From: Bacteroidota bacterium
GTDB taxonomy: Bacteria; Bacteroidota; Bacteroidia; Chitinophagales; Chitinophagaceae
Direction of reading: 5' to 3'
DNA: 64,000 nucleotides
Assembly: GCA_003175935.1 (NCBI GenBank)
Contig: PSRI01000064.1
Location: 10,831-74,830, forward strand
Part shown: positions 10,106 through 20,127 of the stretch, piece after piece
Numbering within the stretch: position 1 is the first letter of the stretch
How the letters are laid out: every line of letters begins with the position of its first letter
Program-made: the position numbers and the translations under genes
The notes under the pieces: model-generated
What the model was told of the DNA's origin: nothing
What the model saw: the letters and a program-made list of their open reading frames with translations, nothing else
Database searches by the model: none

Positions 10106-11191
10106 ATGAAAAAATATAGTTTGGTTTTCTTATTCGTATCACTGGCTGCTGCTGCCATTTGTCAATCAAAAGAAATCACAATTCCCGGTTCTCAAAAAAG
10201 AGTTTTTACTTCTGATATTGTAAAAGGACAGGAATATGTTTTGCAAATAGGGCTGCCCGCAGGATATGATAAAAGCAATAAAAAATATCCGGTGGTTTAT
10301 TTAATGGATTCCCAATGGGATTTCCCACTGGTAACTGCATTGTATGGTCAGCAATATTTTGATGGATTTATTCCGGAATTGATAATAGTAGGTATAACCT
10401 GGGGAGGCAGTAATCCAAAACCCGATAGTTTACGCGTGCGGGACTATACTCCAACCCGTGATATAAGAACTCCACAAAGTGGAGGCGCAGACAATTTCTT
10501 AGCTGTATTAAAAAAAGAAGTCTTTCCTCTTATTGAAGCCAATTACAGGGTTGATTCATCGGATAGAACTTTAATGGGATGTTCACTCGGGGGATTGTTC
10601 ACAATATATTCGCTGTTTACACATCCTGAAATGTTTAATCGATTTGTGGCGGCAAGTCCCGCATTCATGTGGGACAACCAGGCTTTGAACAAATATGAAG
10701 AGCAATATTTTGCAGGCAGGCCGACAAAGCCCGCTAAATTATTTATGTGTGTTGGTGGAGTTGAGACCTCGGCGCCAGCTTTTGAAAAACTCGCTTCGTT
10801 TATAGGTGGCCGTAACTATTCAAATCTGCAAATAGAAAGCAGGGTTCTTGAAAATACAGGACATTCAGGAACTAAAGGGGAAGGTTTTGCAAGGGGTTTG
10901 CAGTTTATATTTAAACGCCCCTCTCTTAAGCTTTCCGCTTCGATATTGGAGAAATATTCTGGCTCTTACAAACTAAATGGTGGAATGATCGTAAATATGA
11001 AAGTGGAACATGATTCTTTAACAGCGAGTGCAGGGAATTTCACTATCAAATTACTGGCAGCATCTGAAACGGATTTTTACGCCACTTCTTCATTTCTAAA
11101 AATTCATTTTTTGTTTGACAATAAAGGAAATGTTTCGGGATTTCAGTTAAACCAATACGGCTCCAGTGAATCAGCAGAAAAAGTTAAATGA
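10106..11191 (+). CDS. alpha/beta-hydrolase esterase (putative esterase/CE1-like, possible feruloyl or acetyl-xylan esterase), secreted
   Basis: Signal peptide MKKYSLVFLFVSLAAAAICQ and the nucleophile elbow GCSLGG. It abuts the GH43 stop. The track start (10097) is a GTG, and the ATG at 10106 is more plausible. Confidence 0.75.
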   Translation: MKKYSLVFLFVSLAAAAICQSKEITIPGSQKRVFTSDIVKGQEYVLQIGLPAGYDKSNKKYPVVYLMDSQWDFPLVTALYGQQYFDGFIPELIIVGITWGGSNPKPDSLRVRDYTPTRDIRTPQSGGADNFLAVLKKEVFPLIEANYRVDSSDRTLMGCSLGGLFTIYSLFTHPEMFNRFVAASPAFMWDNQALNKYEEQYFAGRPTKPAKLFMCVGGVETSAPAFEKLASFIGGRNYSNLQIESRVLENTGHSGTKGEGFARGLQFIFKRPSLKLSASILEKYSGSYKLNGGMIVNMKVEHDSLTASAGNFTIKLLAASETDFYATSSFLKIHFLFDNKGNVSGFQLNQYGSSESAEKVK

Positions 11192-11531
11192 ATTGTTGTC
11201 CTGAATCAACTATCGTTACAATAATTTGATAATAGATCTTCGGCTTATTAATGTGCAGGATATAGTGACTTCATCATACTCATGGCCTCAGTTCCAGTTC
11301 TACCGCTGGCTACCATTGCTTCAAAATCTTCAATGTATTTTTTGACTTCAGCGAACAATGTAATATCTGTTTGTTTCCCGCGCCTGGGCATATTTTTGGA
11401 TTTTGTTTACTTAGATCCGTTTTAAAGATGTTTCAAAAGTGACATTGCCTGCGGTTGTGTACAGCATACTTAGATTACAATTGTGATTTACTTTTCCTTT
11501 TGTATAACCTCATTTGTTTCCATATATTTTT

Positions 11532-12185
11532 ATGATTAAGTTTCTACACCTGTTCCTGGTGTTTCTAATTTCATCCTGCTGCCTGGCGCACAAAACGCAA
11601 AAGCCGATAATCCTCTTTAACGGGAAAAACCTGGATTCATGGGAAGGAGATACCTCCCTTTGGAGGATAGAACAAGGATGGATACTGGCTGCGGGTGACG
11701 TAAGTGTCCGCCACAGTCAGAATGATTTTCTTTGCACCCGAAAGGACTATAAAAATTACATTTTGGACCTAGACTTTAAATTAGAAGGGGACACTGGTTT
11801 TGTCAATTCCGGTGTGCAGGTGCATTCGCAAAGGAATAAGGTATCTCCATTAAATGAGATGGTTGGTTACCAGGTAGACATGGGCAGAGGTTATTGGGCC
11901 AGTATTTACGATGAGACGCGACGTAATTCTATAATTGCAAAGGCAGACCAGGATATTGTAAAGACCATCTTACACGAAGGTGACTGGAATCACTATCAAA
12001 TCATCTGTAGCGGCCGGAGAATCAGAATTCTGTTGAATGGTGTACAAACGGTAGACTATACCGAACCTCCGAATGAGTATGCGTCTCAAGGTAAGATTGG
12101 ATTACAAATTCATGGCGGATCCAGGATGAAGGTGTCTTTTAAAAATATTATTTTGACGCCTTTAAAACCAAAGCACCACGCTTAA
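11532..12185 (+). CDS. DUF1080 (3-keto-disaccharide hydrolase-like) domain protein, secreted
   Basis: WNHYQIICSGRRIRILLNGVQ and GKIGLQIHGG are typical of the DUF1080 jelly-roll. The signal peptide starts at the ATG at 11532 (the track used the TTG at 11514). Confidence 0.7.
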   Translation: MIKFLHLFLVFLISSCCLAHKTQKPIILFNGKNLDSWEGDTSLWRIEQGWILAAGDVSVRHSQNDFLCTRKDYKNYILDLDFKLEGDTGFVNSGVQVHSQRNKVSPLNEMVGYQVDMGRGYWASIYDETRRNSIIAKADQDIVKTILHEGDWNHYQIICSGRRIRILLNGVQTVDYTEPPNEYASQGKIGLQIHGGSRMKVSFKNIILTPLKPKHHA

Positions 12186-12227
12186 GGTTTAAGTATTCAT
12201 CTCAGATAAAAATGTTCAACTCATCTC

Positions 12228-13391
12228 ATGAAACAGCAAGAAATCACCATTAGTTTTAATCCTCGTTACCCTTCAGTCAGCGATCTCCGGAGAAAAGCGA
12301 AAAAAAGGATACCGAGATTTGCCTTTGAATACCTGGACGGAGGGTGTAATGACGACGTCAACCTCAACCGAAATACCGAGGATTTACAGGCGCTTCAGCT
12401 AATGCCTTATTATCTGCGAAAATTCAAAGAGCCGATCATGCGTACAGAACTATTTGGGCATACTTATGAGGCTCCGTTTGGAATAGCGCCGATTGGTCTG
12501 CAGGGATTGATTTGGCCCAATGCCCCTGAAATACTTGCAAAAGCTGCTTTAAAGCATAATATACCTTTTATACTTAGCACAGTGTCTTCCGCTAGCATTG
12601 AAAGGATTGCTGAAGTCTCCGAAGGTAGCGCCTGGTTTCAACTTTATCATCCCAAAAGCGAACAAATGCGCAAGGACATAATAGAAAGGGCAAATTCTGC
12701 AGGCATGCGCGTTTTAGTAGTATTGGTTGATGTACCTTCTTTTGGCTTTCGCCCGAGGGACATCAGAAACGGGTTGGCTATGCCTCCTAAAATGAACTGG
12801 CAAAATATTTTCCAAATGATTAGTAAGCCAACATGGGGCATACGTACCCTGCAGGCCGGTGGCCCGTCTTTCAAAACACTTAAACCCTATATGCCGAAGG
12901 GATTAAGCATGGCAAAATTAGGTCAGTTCATGAATGATACCTTTTCAGGCCGCATGGATCTCGAGCGGATAAAACCTATCCGGGATCTATGGAAAGGACC
13001 ATTGGTTTTAAAAGGAATTGTGAACCCTCAGGACCTTGAAGAAGCGCTTTCATTAGGCATAGATGGCATCATTGTCTCAAATCACGGAGGCCGCCAAATT
13101 GATGCAGGTGAATCGTCCATCCGGTCGTTGCAAAATCTTGTAAAAACACACAAAGGCAAAACACACCTGATGATGGATAGTGGATTGAGATCGGGTACAG
13201 ATATCGCACGGTCTTTAGCCTGTGGCGCTAACTTTACCTTCTTAGGACGACCCTTTATGTATGGCGTTGGTGCTCTCGGCACAAAAGGTGGGGATCATAT
13301 CATCAGTGTTTTAAAGGCACAGCTCAAGCAAGTTATGGAGCAAATAGGCTGCAGTGAAACTGATCGCTTTGAAGAATTTTTAATTAGGTGA
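12228..13391 (+). CDS. FMN-dependent alpha-hydroxy-acid dehydrogenase/oxidase (L-lactate dehydrogenase or glycolate oxidase family)
   Basis: 387-aa ORF with FEYLDGG at the N-terminus and the SNHGGRQID active-site block. Confidence 0.85.
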   Translation: MKQQEITISFNPRYPSVSDLRRKAKKRIPRFAFEYLDGGCNDDVNLNRNTEDLQALQLMPYYLRKFKEPIMRTELFGHTYEAPFGIAPIGLQGLIWPNAPEILAKAALKHNIPFILSTVSSASIERIAEVSEGSAWFQLYHPKSEQMRKDIIERANSAGMRVLVVLVDVPSFGFRPRDIRNGLAMPPKMNWQNIFQMISKPTWGIRTLQAGGPSFKTLKPYMPKGLSMAKLGQFMNDTFSGRMDLERIKPIRDLWKGPLVLKGIVNPQDLEEALSLGIDGIIVSNHGGRQIDAGESSIRSLQNLVKTHKGKTHLMMDSGLRSGTDIARSLACGANFTFLGRPFMYGVGALGTKGGDHIISVLKAQLKQVMEQIGCSETDRFEEFLIR

Positions 13392-13658
13392 AAAACTAAT
13401 TTTATGTTTATGTGGAACAGGCAGCCGGTTTAATTGCAGATAATGAATTTTTTGATCTTGTATGTAATCCTTGTCAACACCTCTTTTAGGAATTCATCCT
13501 GTTCTTTGACCAATTGCCAATACATTTTCTCAATTATTAGACGAGGGCTTGAAGAACGTACAATCTCCATTTTTCTATTGTTCTTTGCATCGTAATAAGA
13601 TTGATTGCCTTTCTCACTCGTTACGTTTTTAATTCTTTTTAATATTTTTTGAAGTCGC

Positions 13659-16600
13659 TCACTTTACGACGTCTGAGATATTCATGCTTACAGTATTTTC
13701 CCGCATTTTGCGAAGTATTGAGTATCCCGTCTCCATTTTTTCCTTTAAATCAATATTCGGAATTTCAGAGGCATTTAGAATCGACATGCCCTTTGTAAAC
13801 CATTCTTCAGAGTCTTTAAAGAAGCCCAGATTAGCATAACTGTAAGCAAGACTCAAAATTGAAATGGCATCCTTCGGATCAAGTTCGAGCGCCTTCCTTA
13901 AATTTACCACAGCCTTATCGTATTGTCCCGTCTTATACAGAAGTGCCCCCAGATTACTATACACCTGCATGTAGTCCGGCTTAATATTTATTGCCTGGGT
14001 ATATGCATCACTGGCCTCCACATATTTATTCACATAGCCAAGCGAATTGCCAAGGTTATAAAATCCGAGTGCATAATGTGGGTCGAGCGTGGTTGTTAAC
14101 CTATGTGCTTTAATTGCATCTTCATACTTTTTCTGAGCGTTAAAAGAATTTCCGAGGTTATTCACCGCCCCGACTAAACTCCTTCTCGTCTTAACGCTTT
14201 CAATTTTTAATCCCGATGCAGTCTTCAATGCCTCCCAGGATTCAGACAATTGGCCCGCCTCACAAAGACAGATTCCGTACTCAATCAGCGCCGGCGCATT
14301 TTTCGGATTTATTTTCAATGCTCGCTTTAATGATTCGATCGCATCCGGAAAATTATTGCCGTGCCTCAGTACTCGCCCCAACTCATAATACGCATCAAAA
14401 TTTTTTTTATTCATTTTGATTGCCTCCGCCAAATAATTGACGGCCTCTTCCAGTCTCCCCTCAATATGCAGCGCCTTTCCATAAACCGTGAAGGCTTCGT
14501 CCATCCGGTCCGCTTCTTTTAGAACCTCCACTACTGTATAATATACATCCAAATTCTCCGGCAGGGCCTCAAGAACCTGGTAACATAATTTCACCGCTTC
14601 ACGGTACTCTCTTTTTCCCCTCAGCAAAATGATCAGATTATTAAAAGCATTTCCATAATCCGGTTCAAGCTCGACAGCTTTTCTGTAGGCCTCGATTGCT
14701 TTTTTTGAATTCCCTGCGTCCTGGTATGCGACTCCCATATTGTAATAAGCCGGGGCATAATTCGCATTCATCCGGATCGCCTCTGAATACGCGTTAATGG
14801 CTTCATCAAATTTCCCGCTTGCATCCAGTGAATTGGCCAGGTGAACATATAAGAATGGTGATTTTTTTATTTTAATCGCTTTTTGGTACGCGTCGATCGC
14901 ATCCTCATATTTCCTGGCGTAGTACATGGAGATGCCGTAATGCTCCAGTAATTCAGGATCGTGACTGTTTAACTCAAGACCAGTTTTGTACGCCGCGACA
15001 GCTTCCTCACTTCTTCCCATCTTTCTCAACACTAAACCCATTCTATCATAAATTTCAAACTTTCTTTCAAGCGGACATATAGACAAAATCTTTTCAAGTA
15101 AATCCAAAGACTCTTTTAGAGAACCATTTTCAAAAAGTTCGATTGAACGATTAGTGAGGACTACATAATTTTCAACTTCATACTTTTGAATCCCCGGATT
15201 GTTTTTCCATTTTTCCGAATTAATGAATTCTGAAATTTCGTTCGTCGTCATGTTGATCGGAAGTTCATCTTTGATCAGGAACAAATTCTTATCGTCTTTC
15301 CACACGTATTCGATCATGGGTGTGCAGACAATGGGAATGATCCATTTGATATCACCCGGTACGACATGATTTTTCCCGGAAGGATGTGTTGCCAGATAGG
15401 CTGCTGTCCTGTGGGCCTGCCCCGCCCACTCTTCCAAACTCCGCAATCTCTGTCGGGCATGGTTAAACGAAAAAGACTGATCTGTACTCTTCGCCCGGTG
15501 CGATTTACATTCGATGAGAAAAGCCGTATCTTCTTTCTGTACGACGACATCGGCCTCACCTACTACGATCCCGTTCTCCTTAAATGACCGCTCCATCGAT
15601 GAAATCACTTTTATCTCCTTGTCATTTGATGAAATAAAATCCCGGACCTGGTTTTCAAATATGAACCCCTTTTTCTCAAGCCCTGCTGATGAAAGTTCAA
15701 GTGCATTGGCCAGTGAAGAAAAAAATGCGGGAATCATGGCCATATCAATAAGAAGTTTATCATCGGCTCTGAAAAGAAATGGAACCAGCATTTCATCTGC
15801 TGAGTTTTCCTGTGAAGATTCAGCATCGCTCTTTTTTTCTTTTATTTTTTCCGGGAGCGCGAACCTTGACAAAAACCGTCTTACAATTTGCGAAGGATCA
15901 GAAATATTTTCCTTTCCGCAAATCTCTTTCATTGCATAAGATAAATTGGCACTCACATATGACTCGGCATCTAACGTCTCCATTGAGATGACAGCCTTGG
16001 TCTCCATCTCATATCTGAAAATCGCCTCACCACTCTCAAATAAAATCTTTTGTGCAAAGTGGGCCAGCATAAATGTAACCGAGACAATTTCATCGGCCGG
16101 AACGCCCCAGGTATATTCAATTGGTTCACTAAAGAATTTTAAAATGTCCTTGATTTTTCTGATATCTACTAATGCAAACGTATACAGCCTCACATCAGAT
16201 ACCAGTTCGTATTGGGGGGCATCGGAAGGATCGTTCCAATAAAACCTGGAAGGAAATGTCAAAAAAAATCCTCGATCATCATTTGTCGGTAGAGCGTCTG
16301 TCCTGGGATTAATAAACGGCAGAGAAAATCCTACCCTGGAAAAGATACCTGAACCGCCGCGTGCCCTGTCTAAAAAAATCTTCAGTCTGTGTTCCTCATG
16401 GGCGGGCAGCATAATTCGTGGAAACGCATTTTCGTCAAAGGTTACAAATCCCCCATACAAACACTTTCTCCGGCTGTTCAAAGACCTCTCCTTTAAGAGA
16501 CAAAGTGAACGGATTACGTGCATATCTACTGCAAACTCATCTGTAATTTCGAAATTGTAAGTACCAAGCTCATCCGGGAGAACGGTATTGTCATCGATTG

Positions 16601-17012
16601 CGTATGCTGCAACGGCCCGGTTAAATCTGATATGCAGCTGGTGAGATAAAATTAAATACTCAGGTTCTGTTTCAGCGAAAATATTACATGCAATGTCGCG
16701 ATGGTAGTGAAGAACCAGTGCATCGGTTGAGTATCTCTTGCAGTACAGCTCAAGCCTCTCTTCTAAACCCCGGGCGATCTCAGTAAAAAATAAAAATGCT
16801 TTTTCGCCCGTAAGCTCAGGGATTCCGATGGACGCATCATTAATAATCATTTTCTCAATGACTGATATGCCCCCCAGTTTTTTCTCCGCTTCCCCGACAA
16901 TTGCTCTTGCTTCTTTTTGAAGTGCATTCTTTGCGCGATCTCTTGTGCGGGCCCATACCACGTAATATGCTTCCGCATTCTGGTTCACAATATTTGGCTC
17001 ATCGCGGTTCAT
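13659..17012 (-). CDS. large multidomain protein: unknown N-terminal region (~440 aa), PD-(D/E)xK/NERD-like nuclease core, C-terminal TPR array
   Basis: 1117-aa ORF. Residues ~448-505 (nt ~15498-15671) read GFIFENQV...GEADVVVQKEDTAFLIECKSHR, an E...D...ExK restriction-endonuclease-like pattern. Residues ~640-1100 are repeated TPR units (AIxAYxKALELxPxxAxAyyNLG pattern). I saw no Walker A motif. Confidence 0.75.
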   Translation of the reverse strand: MNRDEPNIVNQNAEAYYVVWARTRDRAKNALQKEARAIVGEAEKKLGGISVIEKMIINDASIGIPELTGEKAFLFFTEIARGLEERLELYCKRYSTDALVLHYHRDIACNIFAETEPEYLILSHQLHIRFNRAVAAYAIDDNTVLPDELGTYNFEITDEFAVDMHVIRSLCLLKERSLNSRRKCLYGGFVTFDENAFPRIMLPAHEEHRLKIFLDRARGGSGIFSRVGFSLPFINPRTDALPTNDDRGFFLTFPSRFYWNDPSDAPQYELVSDVRLYTFALVDIRKIKDILKFFSEPIEYTWGVPADEIVSVTFMLAHFAQKILFESGEAIFRYEMETKAVISMETLDAESYVSANLSYAMKEICGKENISDPSQIVRRFLSRFALPEKIKEKKSDAESSQENSADEMLVPFLFRADDKLLIDMAMIPAFFSSLANALELSSAGLEKKGFIFENQVRDFISSNDKEIKVISSMERSFKENGIVVGEADVVVQKEDTAFLIECKSHRAKSTDQSFSFNHARQRLRSLEEWAGQAHRTAAYLATHPSGKNHVVPGDIKWIIPIVCTPMIEYVWKDDKNLFLIKDELPINMTTNEISEFINSEKWKNNPGIQKYEVENYVVLTNRSIELFENGSLKESLDLLEKILSICPLERKFEIYDRMGLVLRKMGRSEEAVAAYKTGLELNSHDPELLEHYGISMYYARKYEDAIDAYQKAIKIKKSPFLYVHLANSLDASGKFDEAINAYSEAIRMNANYAPAYYNMGVAYQDAGNSKKAIEAYRKAVELEPDYGNAFNNLIILLRGKREYREAVKLCYQVLEALPENLDVYYTVVEVLKEADRMDEAFTVYGKALHIEGRLEEAVNYLAEAIKMNKKNFDAYYELGRVLRHGNNFPDAIESLKRALKINPKNAPALIEYGICLCEAGQLSESWEALKTASGLKIESVKTRRSLVGAVNNLGNSFNAQKKYEDAIKAHRLTTTLDPHYALGFYNLGNSLGYVNKYVEASDAYTQAINIKPDYMQVYSNLGALLYKTGQYDKAVVNLRKALELDPKDAISILSLAYSYANLGFFKDSEEWFTKGMSILNASEIPNIDLKEKMETGYSILRKMRENTVSMNISDVVK

Positions 17013-17872
17013 GACTCCTCATTTTTTTCGGGCCATCTAATGATATCTGAAGGGATCCCCGCTTTTTCCAATTCTTTCTGAATCTTCTTCTGCGCGCTGT
17101 CACTTGTTAAGTAGTGCAAATCAAAACGAGGCTTATTGCCCCTTTTTGTTGAAGGGTCAAGAAACCATCGCAGTGCATTCAGATGCGCATAAATAATCAG
17201 GAGGCGGTCCCATCTGGTATCGGATTCTTTTGCCTCAATATCTTTGAAAAGCTTTTCCAGATTATCAAACCACTTTGCAAAATCTTTGTCTTTATCAAAC
17301 CTGGAAACAAATTCTGCATATCCCATCACGTACCTGATTCCTTCCTCCTTCAAAACGACAATATCTCCGATGCCTGTGAGAATACTCCTGTACACCGTAA
17401 AAATCTCCTTTTTTGATCCATCCTCCTGAAAATAATATGTGCTCGTAAATGCTTTGAAGACGGTATTCAAACGTATATTAAATATCCTTGTCTGGTTGGT
17501 TGTATCATAATTAAGAAATGAGACTTCTTCCTCCAGCACTCTCACCCACCCGAGGAACCGTGCAAAGCTGTAAAGTGTACTTAGTCTGTATTGCTGGTCA
17601 TCTGAAAAATTAAAATTCTCATGCTTTACTCCCCACAAGAAGTTAATAATTCTACCCTGCAAAGAATCAGCAGAACGAATAAGAGGTAGCGTATATTTAT
17701 TTACGACCTTTTTAATAACACGACGTTCCCGAAGTTTTGGATTGACGACTTCCTCAAAAAAAGATTTGATGGCTGCGCCTACTATACCTCCGATAACCCC
17801 CGAAATCAGCAGCCAAATAATGCTGTCTTTCTTAAAAGAGTCAGTTAGCCAGTTCAGCAGAATAACCCTCAT
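17009..17872 (-). CDS. membrane-anchored hypothetical protein, partner of the TPR/nuclease-like protein
   Basis: 287-aa ORF with one N-terminal TM helix (IIWLLISGVIGGIVGAAIKSFF). Its stop overlaps the downstream start as ATGA (plus-strand TCAT at 17009-17012). Confidence 0.75.
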   Translation of the reverse strand: MRVILLNWLTDSFKKDSIIWLLISGVIGGIVGAAIKSFFEEVVNPKLRERRVIKKVVNKYTLPLIRSADSLQGRIINFLWGVKHENFNFSDDQQYRLSTLYSFARFLGWVRVLEEEVSFLNYDTTNQTRIFNIRLNTVFKAFTSTYYFQEDGSKKEIFTVYRSILTGIGDIVVLKEEGIRYVMGYAEFVSRFDKDKDFAKWFDNLEKLFKDIEAKESDTRWDRLLIIYAHLNALRWFLDPSTKRGNKPRFDLHYLTSDSAQKKIQKELEKAGIPSDIIRWPEKNEES

Positions 17873-18212
17873 CTTTGGATGAATTAGAGGTTAGGTATTT
17901 CGACGAAATCTTTCAGCACTTTGTAAACCAGAGGTGAGACAATGGGTAAGAATCGGGTTCGGAGAATTGTCAATGTAAGTTACAAAAGCTTTTTAAGTAG
18001 ATAGAAAATGGTTATGTAAATCTTACGTAACAAACAATTTTTATTATGAGCTGGCTCTTTAGTCTTTCTCGGTTGTCTTTATCTGTTAGTATGGCCATAG
18101 AAACCTCTGCACTTAGGGCCCCCACGTCCAAATCTCTCCAGGAAATCCTTTTTTGCCCGTTCGAGCTCGTTTCGTCTTTGGCCTGTGGAGACTTCATCTC
18201 TCCAGCAAGCGT

Positions 18213-19772
18213 TCATCTCTTTGAATGGCCCTTTTCTCTATATTCTTTATAACGTTGAAGCGCCTGATAAGACCTATAATACACGTAAATATTGCTCACA
18301 TACTGGACTGTTTCTCTTCCAATATGATGGGCCGCTAATATTTCTACGTTATCAAACCAAATATTTGGGTTCAACCCTCTTTCAATGGCCTCTCTTCTTA
18401 ATTTCCTCACATTTCCCGGTCCGCAATTATAAGCTGCGAGAGCAATAAGTTGTTCATTCAACGAATCCATTTGATCTTTTGCATTATATTGATCCAATAG
18501 ATATCGCATATATTTTACACCCGCATGAATATTATTATCAGCAGTTCTAATATTTGAAATGTTTATTGGGGGCTGTGCGGCTGTAGAAGGTAGCAATTGC
18601 ATTACACCGACTGCGCCCTTATGACTCACTGTTTGCTGGTTTAATTGTGACTCTTGAAATGCCTGGGCAGACAACAATAACCAGTCAATAGAGAAAGCCT
18701 TACCGTAATGCTGAAAGGAAGCTTTATATCTATTTAGATTCGCCAATGCTTCTTTGCTTTGCGCATTTTTTAAACGCGCAGTGTTTTTTAGATATTTATT
18801 ATAGATCATATTTCCAGCCAATGTTCCCTTACTTATCGTGCTGATGAATTTATTGATCACGGCTTTTAATTGCGGGGAATTTTTCCTAACTGCCCATCCG
18901 TAAGAGACGTTACTATCGACAGCAATTTCTGGATACACCTTGAGATTGGTATATACACTGTTCCAAAGTTTTCCAAGATCATCAGAAACAACTGTGAAAG
19001 GCATCATTCCCTCATTTACCATTTCAAGAATATCTTCTGATTCAAAATAGGGGTCCGATAAGTCAATATGCATAGGTTTGCGACCAGCTTTTTCTAAAAT
19101 TTTATTAAGTCTAATAAGGGAAGCCTGGTTACTTGTGTTTTCGCGTACACATACATGTTGACCAGCGAGATCGTAAACTGAATGAATGGGCGGCGAATTG
19201 GGACCGCCAACAAGAATATCTTTTGTGCCGGTAACCGTTGGTATTGAAAAGTCGATTTTCTCTTCTCTTTCCGGAGTTATCGCATATCCGGATGCAATCA
19301 TGTCTGCATGCCCACTCGTTAATAATTCCAAAATGTGTACGCGACTCACCGGGATGAAAATGACACGAATCTTTGGAGGATTATACCCTAATATTTTGTT
19401 CAGTTCTTTCTCAAAAAGACTGACCAATTCATAAGCCAGGCCATATCTTTTCATTCCTTCAACGTAGTAATATGTTTTTGAGTAGGGAACAAGCACCCGA
19501 ATATATCCTCGTTTTACTATGCTATCCAGATCGCCAAATGCCGTATTTGCTATTCCAGTAATTTCATCATTAGCGGCCCAATGTAAGTAAGCCACACTGT
19601 CGCCTTTTACATTGATTGTATATGACTCAACGCTGTCTTGGTACTCCTCAATGGTGGGATTGGGTTTGGTGCTGGCGATTGTGTTGGCATTAGGTTTACT
19701 GCTTTCATGTCCGCATGAAATCTGACAGACTATTAATATCAGGAACAATTGAAGATGAATAAAGTGTCTCAT
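18213..19772 (-). CDS. mltF: membrane-bound lytic murein transglycosylase F-like (SBP_bac_3 domain + SLT domain)
   Basis: 519-aa ORF. The N-terminal half resembles a solute-binding-protein family 3 fold. The C-terminal half carries the SLT motif FQESQLNQQTVSHKGAVGVMQLLPSTA. Confidence 0.8.
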   Translation of the reverse strand: MRHFIHLQLFLILIVCQISCGHESSKPNANTIASTKPNPTIEEYQDSVESYTINVKGDSVAYLHWAANDEITGIANTAFGDLDSIVKRGYIRVLVPYSKTYYYVEGMKRYGLAYELVSLFEKELNKILGYNPPKIRVIFIPVSRVHILELLTSGHADMIASGYAITPEREEKIDFSIPTVTGTKDILVGGPNSPPIHSVYDLAGQHVCVRENTSNQASLIRLNKILEKAGRKPMHIDLSDPYFESEDILEMVNEGMMPFTVVSDDLGKLWNSVYTNLKVYPEIAVDSNVSYGWAVRKNSPQLKAVINKFISTISKGTLAGNMIYNKYLKNTARLKNAQSKEALANLNRYKASFQHYGKAFSIDWLLLSAQAFQESQLNQQTVSHKGAVGVMQLLPSTAAQPPINISNIRTADNNIHAGVKYMRYLLDQYNAKDQMDSLNEQLIALAAYNCGPGNVRKLRREAIERGLNPNIWFDNVEILAAHHIGRETVQYVSNIYVYYRSYQALQRYKEYREKGHSKR

Positions 19773-20127
19773 AGTATGTGTGCACGTTTATTATAATGAA
19801 AGTTCTTTAGTTGAACATTTCCAATATTTACCTGATTTCTTTTGATTTCAATAATAAAGCCATCCGGCACCACATTCTAAGTGTGTAGAAGTTACAACGA
19901 AATAAATTAAAAAAATATAATGAGGTAAAAATTTGCAAGTTGCCTGAAATGCGCTTCCTTATTGATTTGCAAAAGAGTTCAATTTCATCATTTATTTCAT
20001 TACAAATATTGTTTGATTATTTTGTCTCTTTCCAGACAAAATATAGGAATGAAGTTTCAGGTACGAAAGCACTTTGAAAAAAAACAAATGACAACAAAAT
20101 CAAAGCAATCAAAATAATGAGGCACTA

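Noticed and set aside
11248-11391. 47-aa minus-strand small ORF (MPRRGKQTDITLFAEVKKYIEDFEAMVASGRTGTEAMSMMKSLYPAH), plus a 46-aa minus-strand ORF at 13430-13570
   Set aside because: Both are below the track threshold and have no recognisable motif. They cannot be supported as genes from sequence alone.
13514-13564. TTGCCAATACATTTT...GTACAAT, weakly reminiscent of the mnmE-end repeat
   Set aside because: Only an 11-nt core matches and the spacing to the second block differs (44 versus 62 nt). It does not encode FCIGK-stop. This is probably chance in AT-rich DNA.
15514-15939. 141-aa plus-strand ORF inside the TPR/nuclease-like gene (and neighbours 15366-15587, 15779-15991, 15946-16242)
   Set aside because: Antisense shadow ORFs, Ser-rich, with no start context. 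The minus-strand frame is continuous over 3.3 kb.
18012-18197. 61-aa minus-strand ORF downstream of mltF
   Set aside because: No signal, no motif and no start context. It overlaps other short ORFs in the same spacer.
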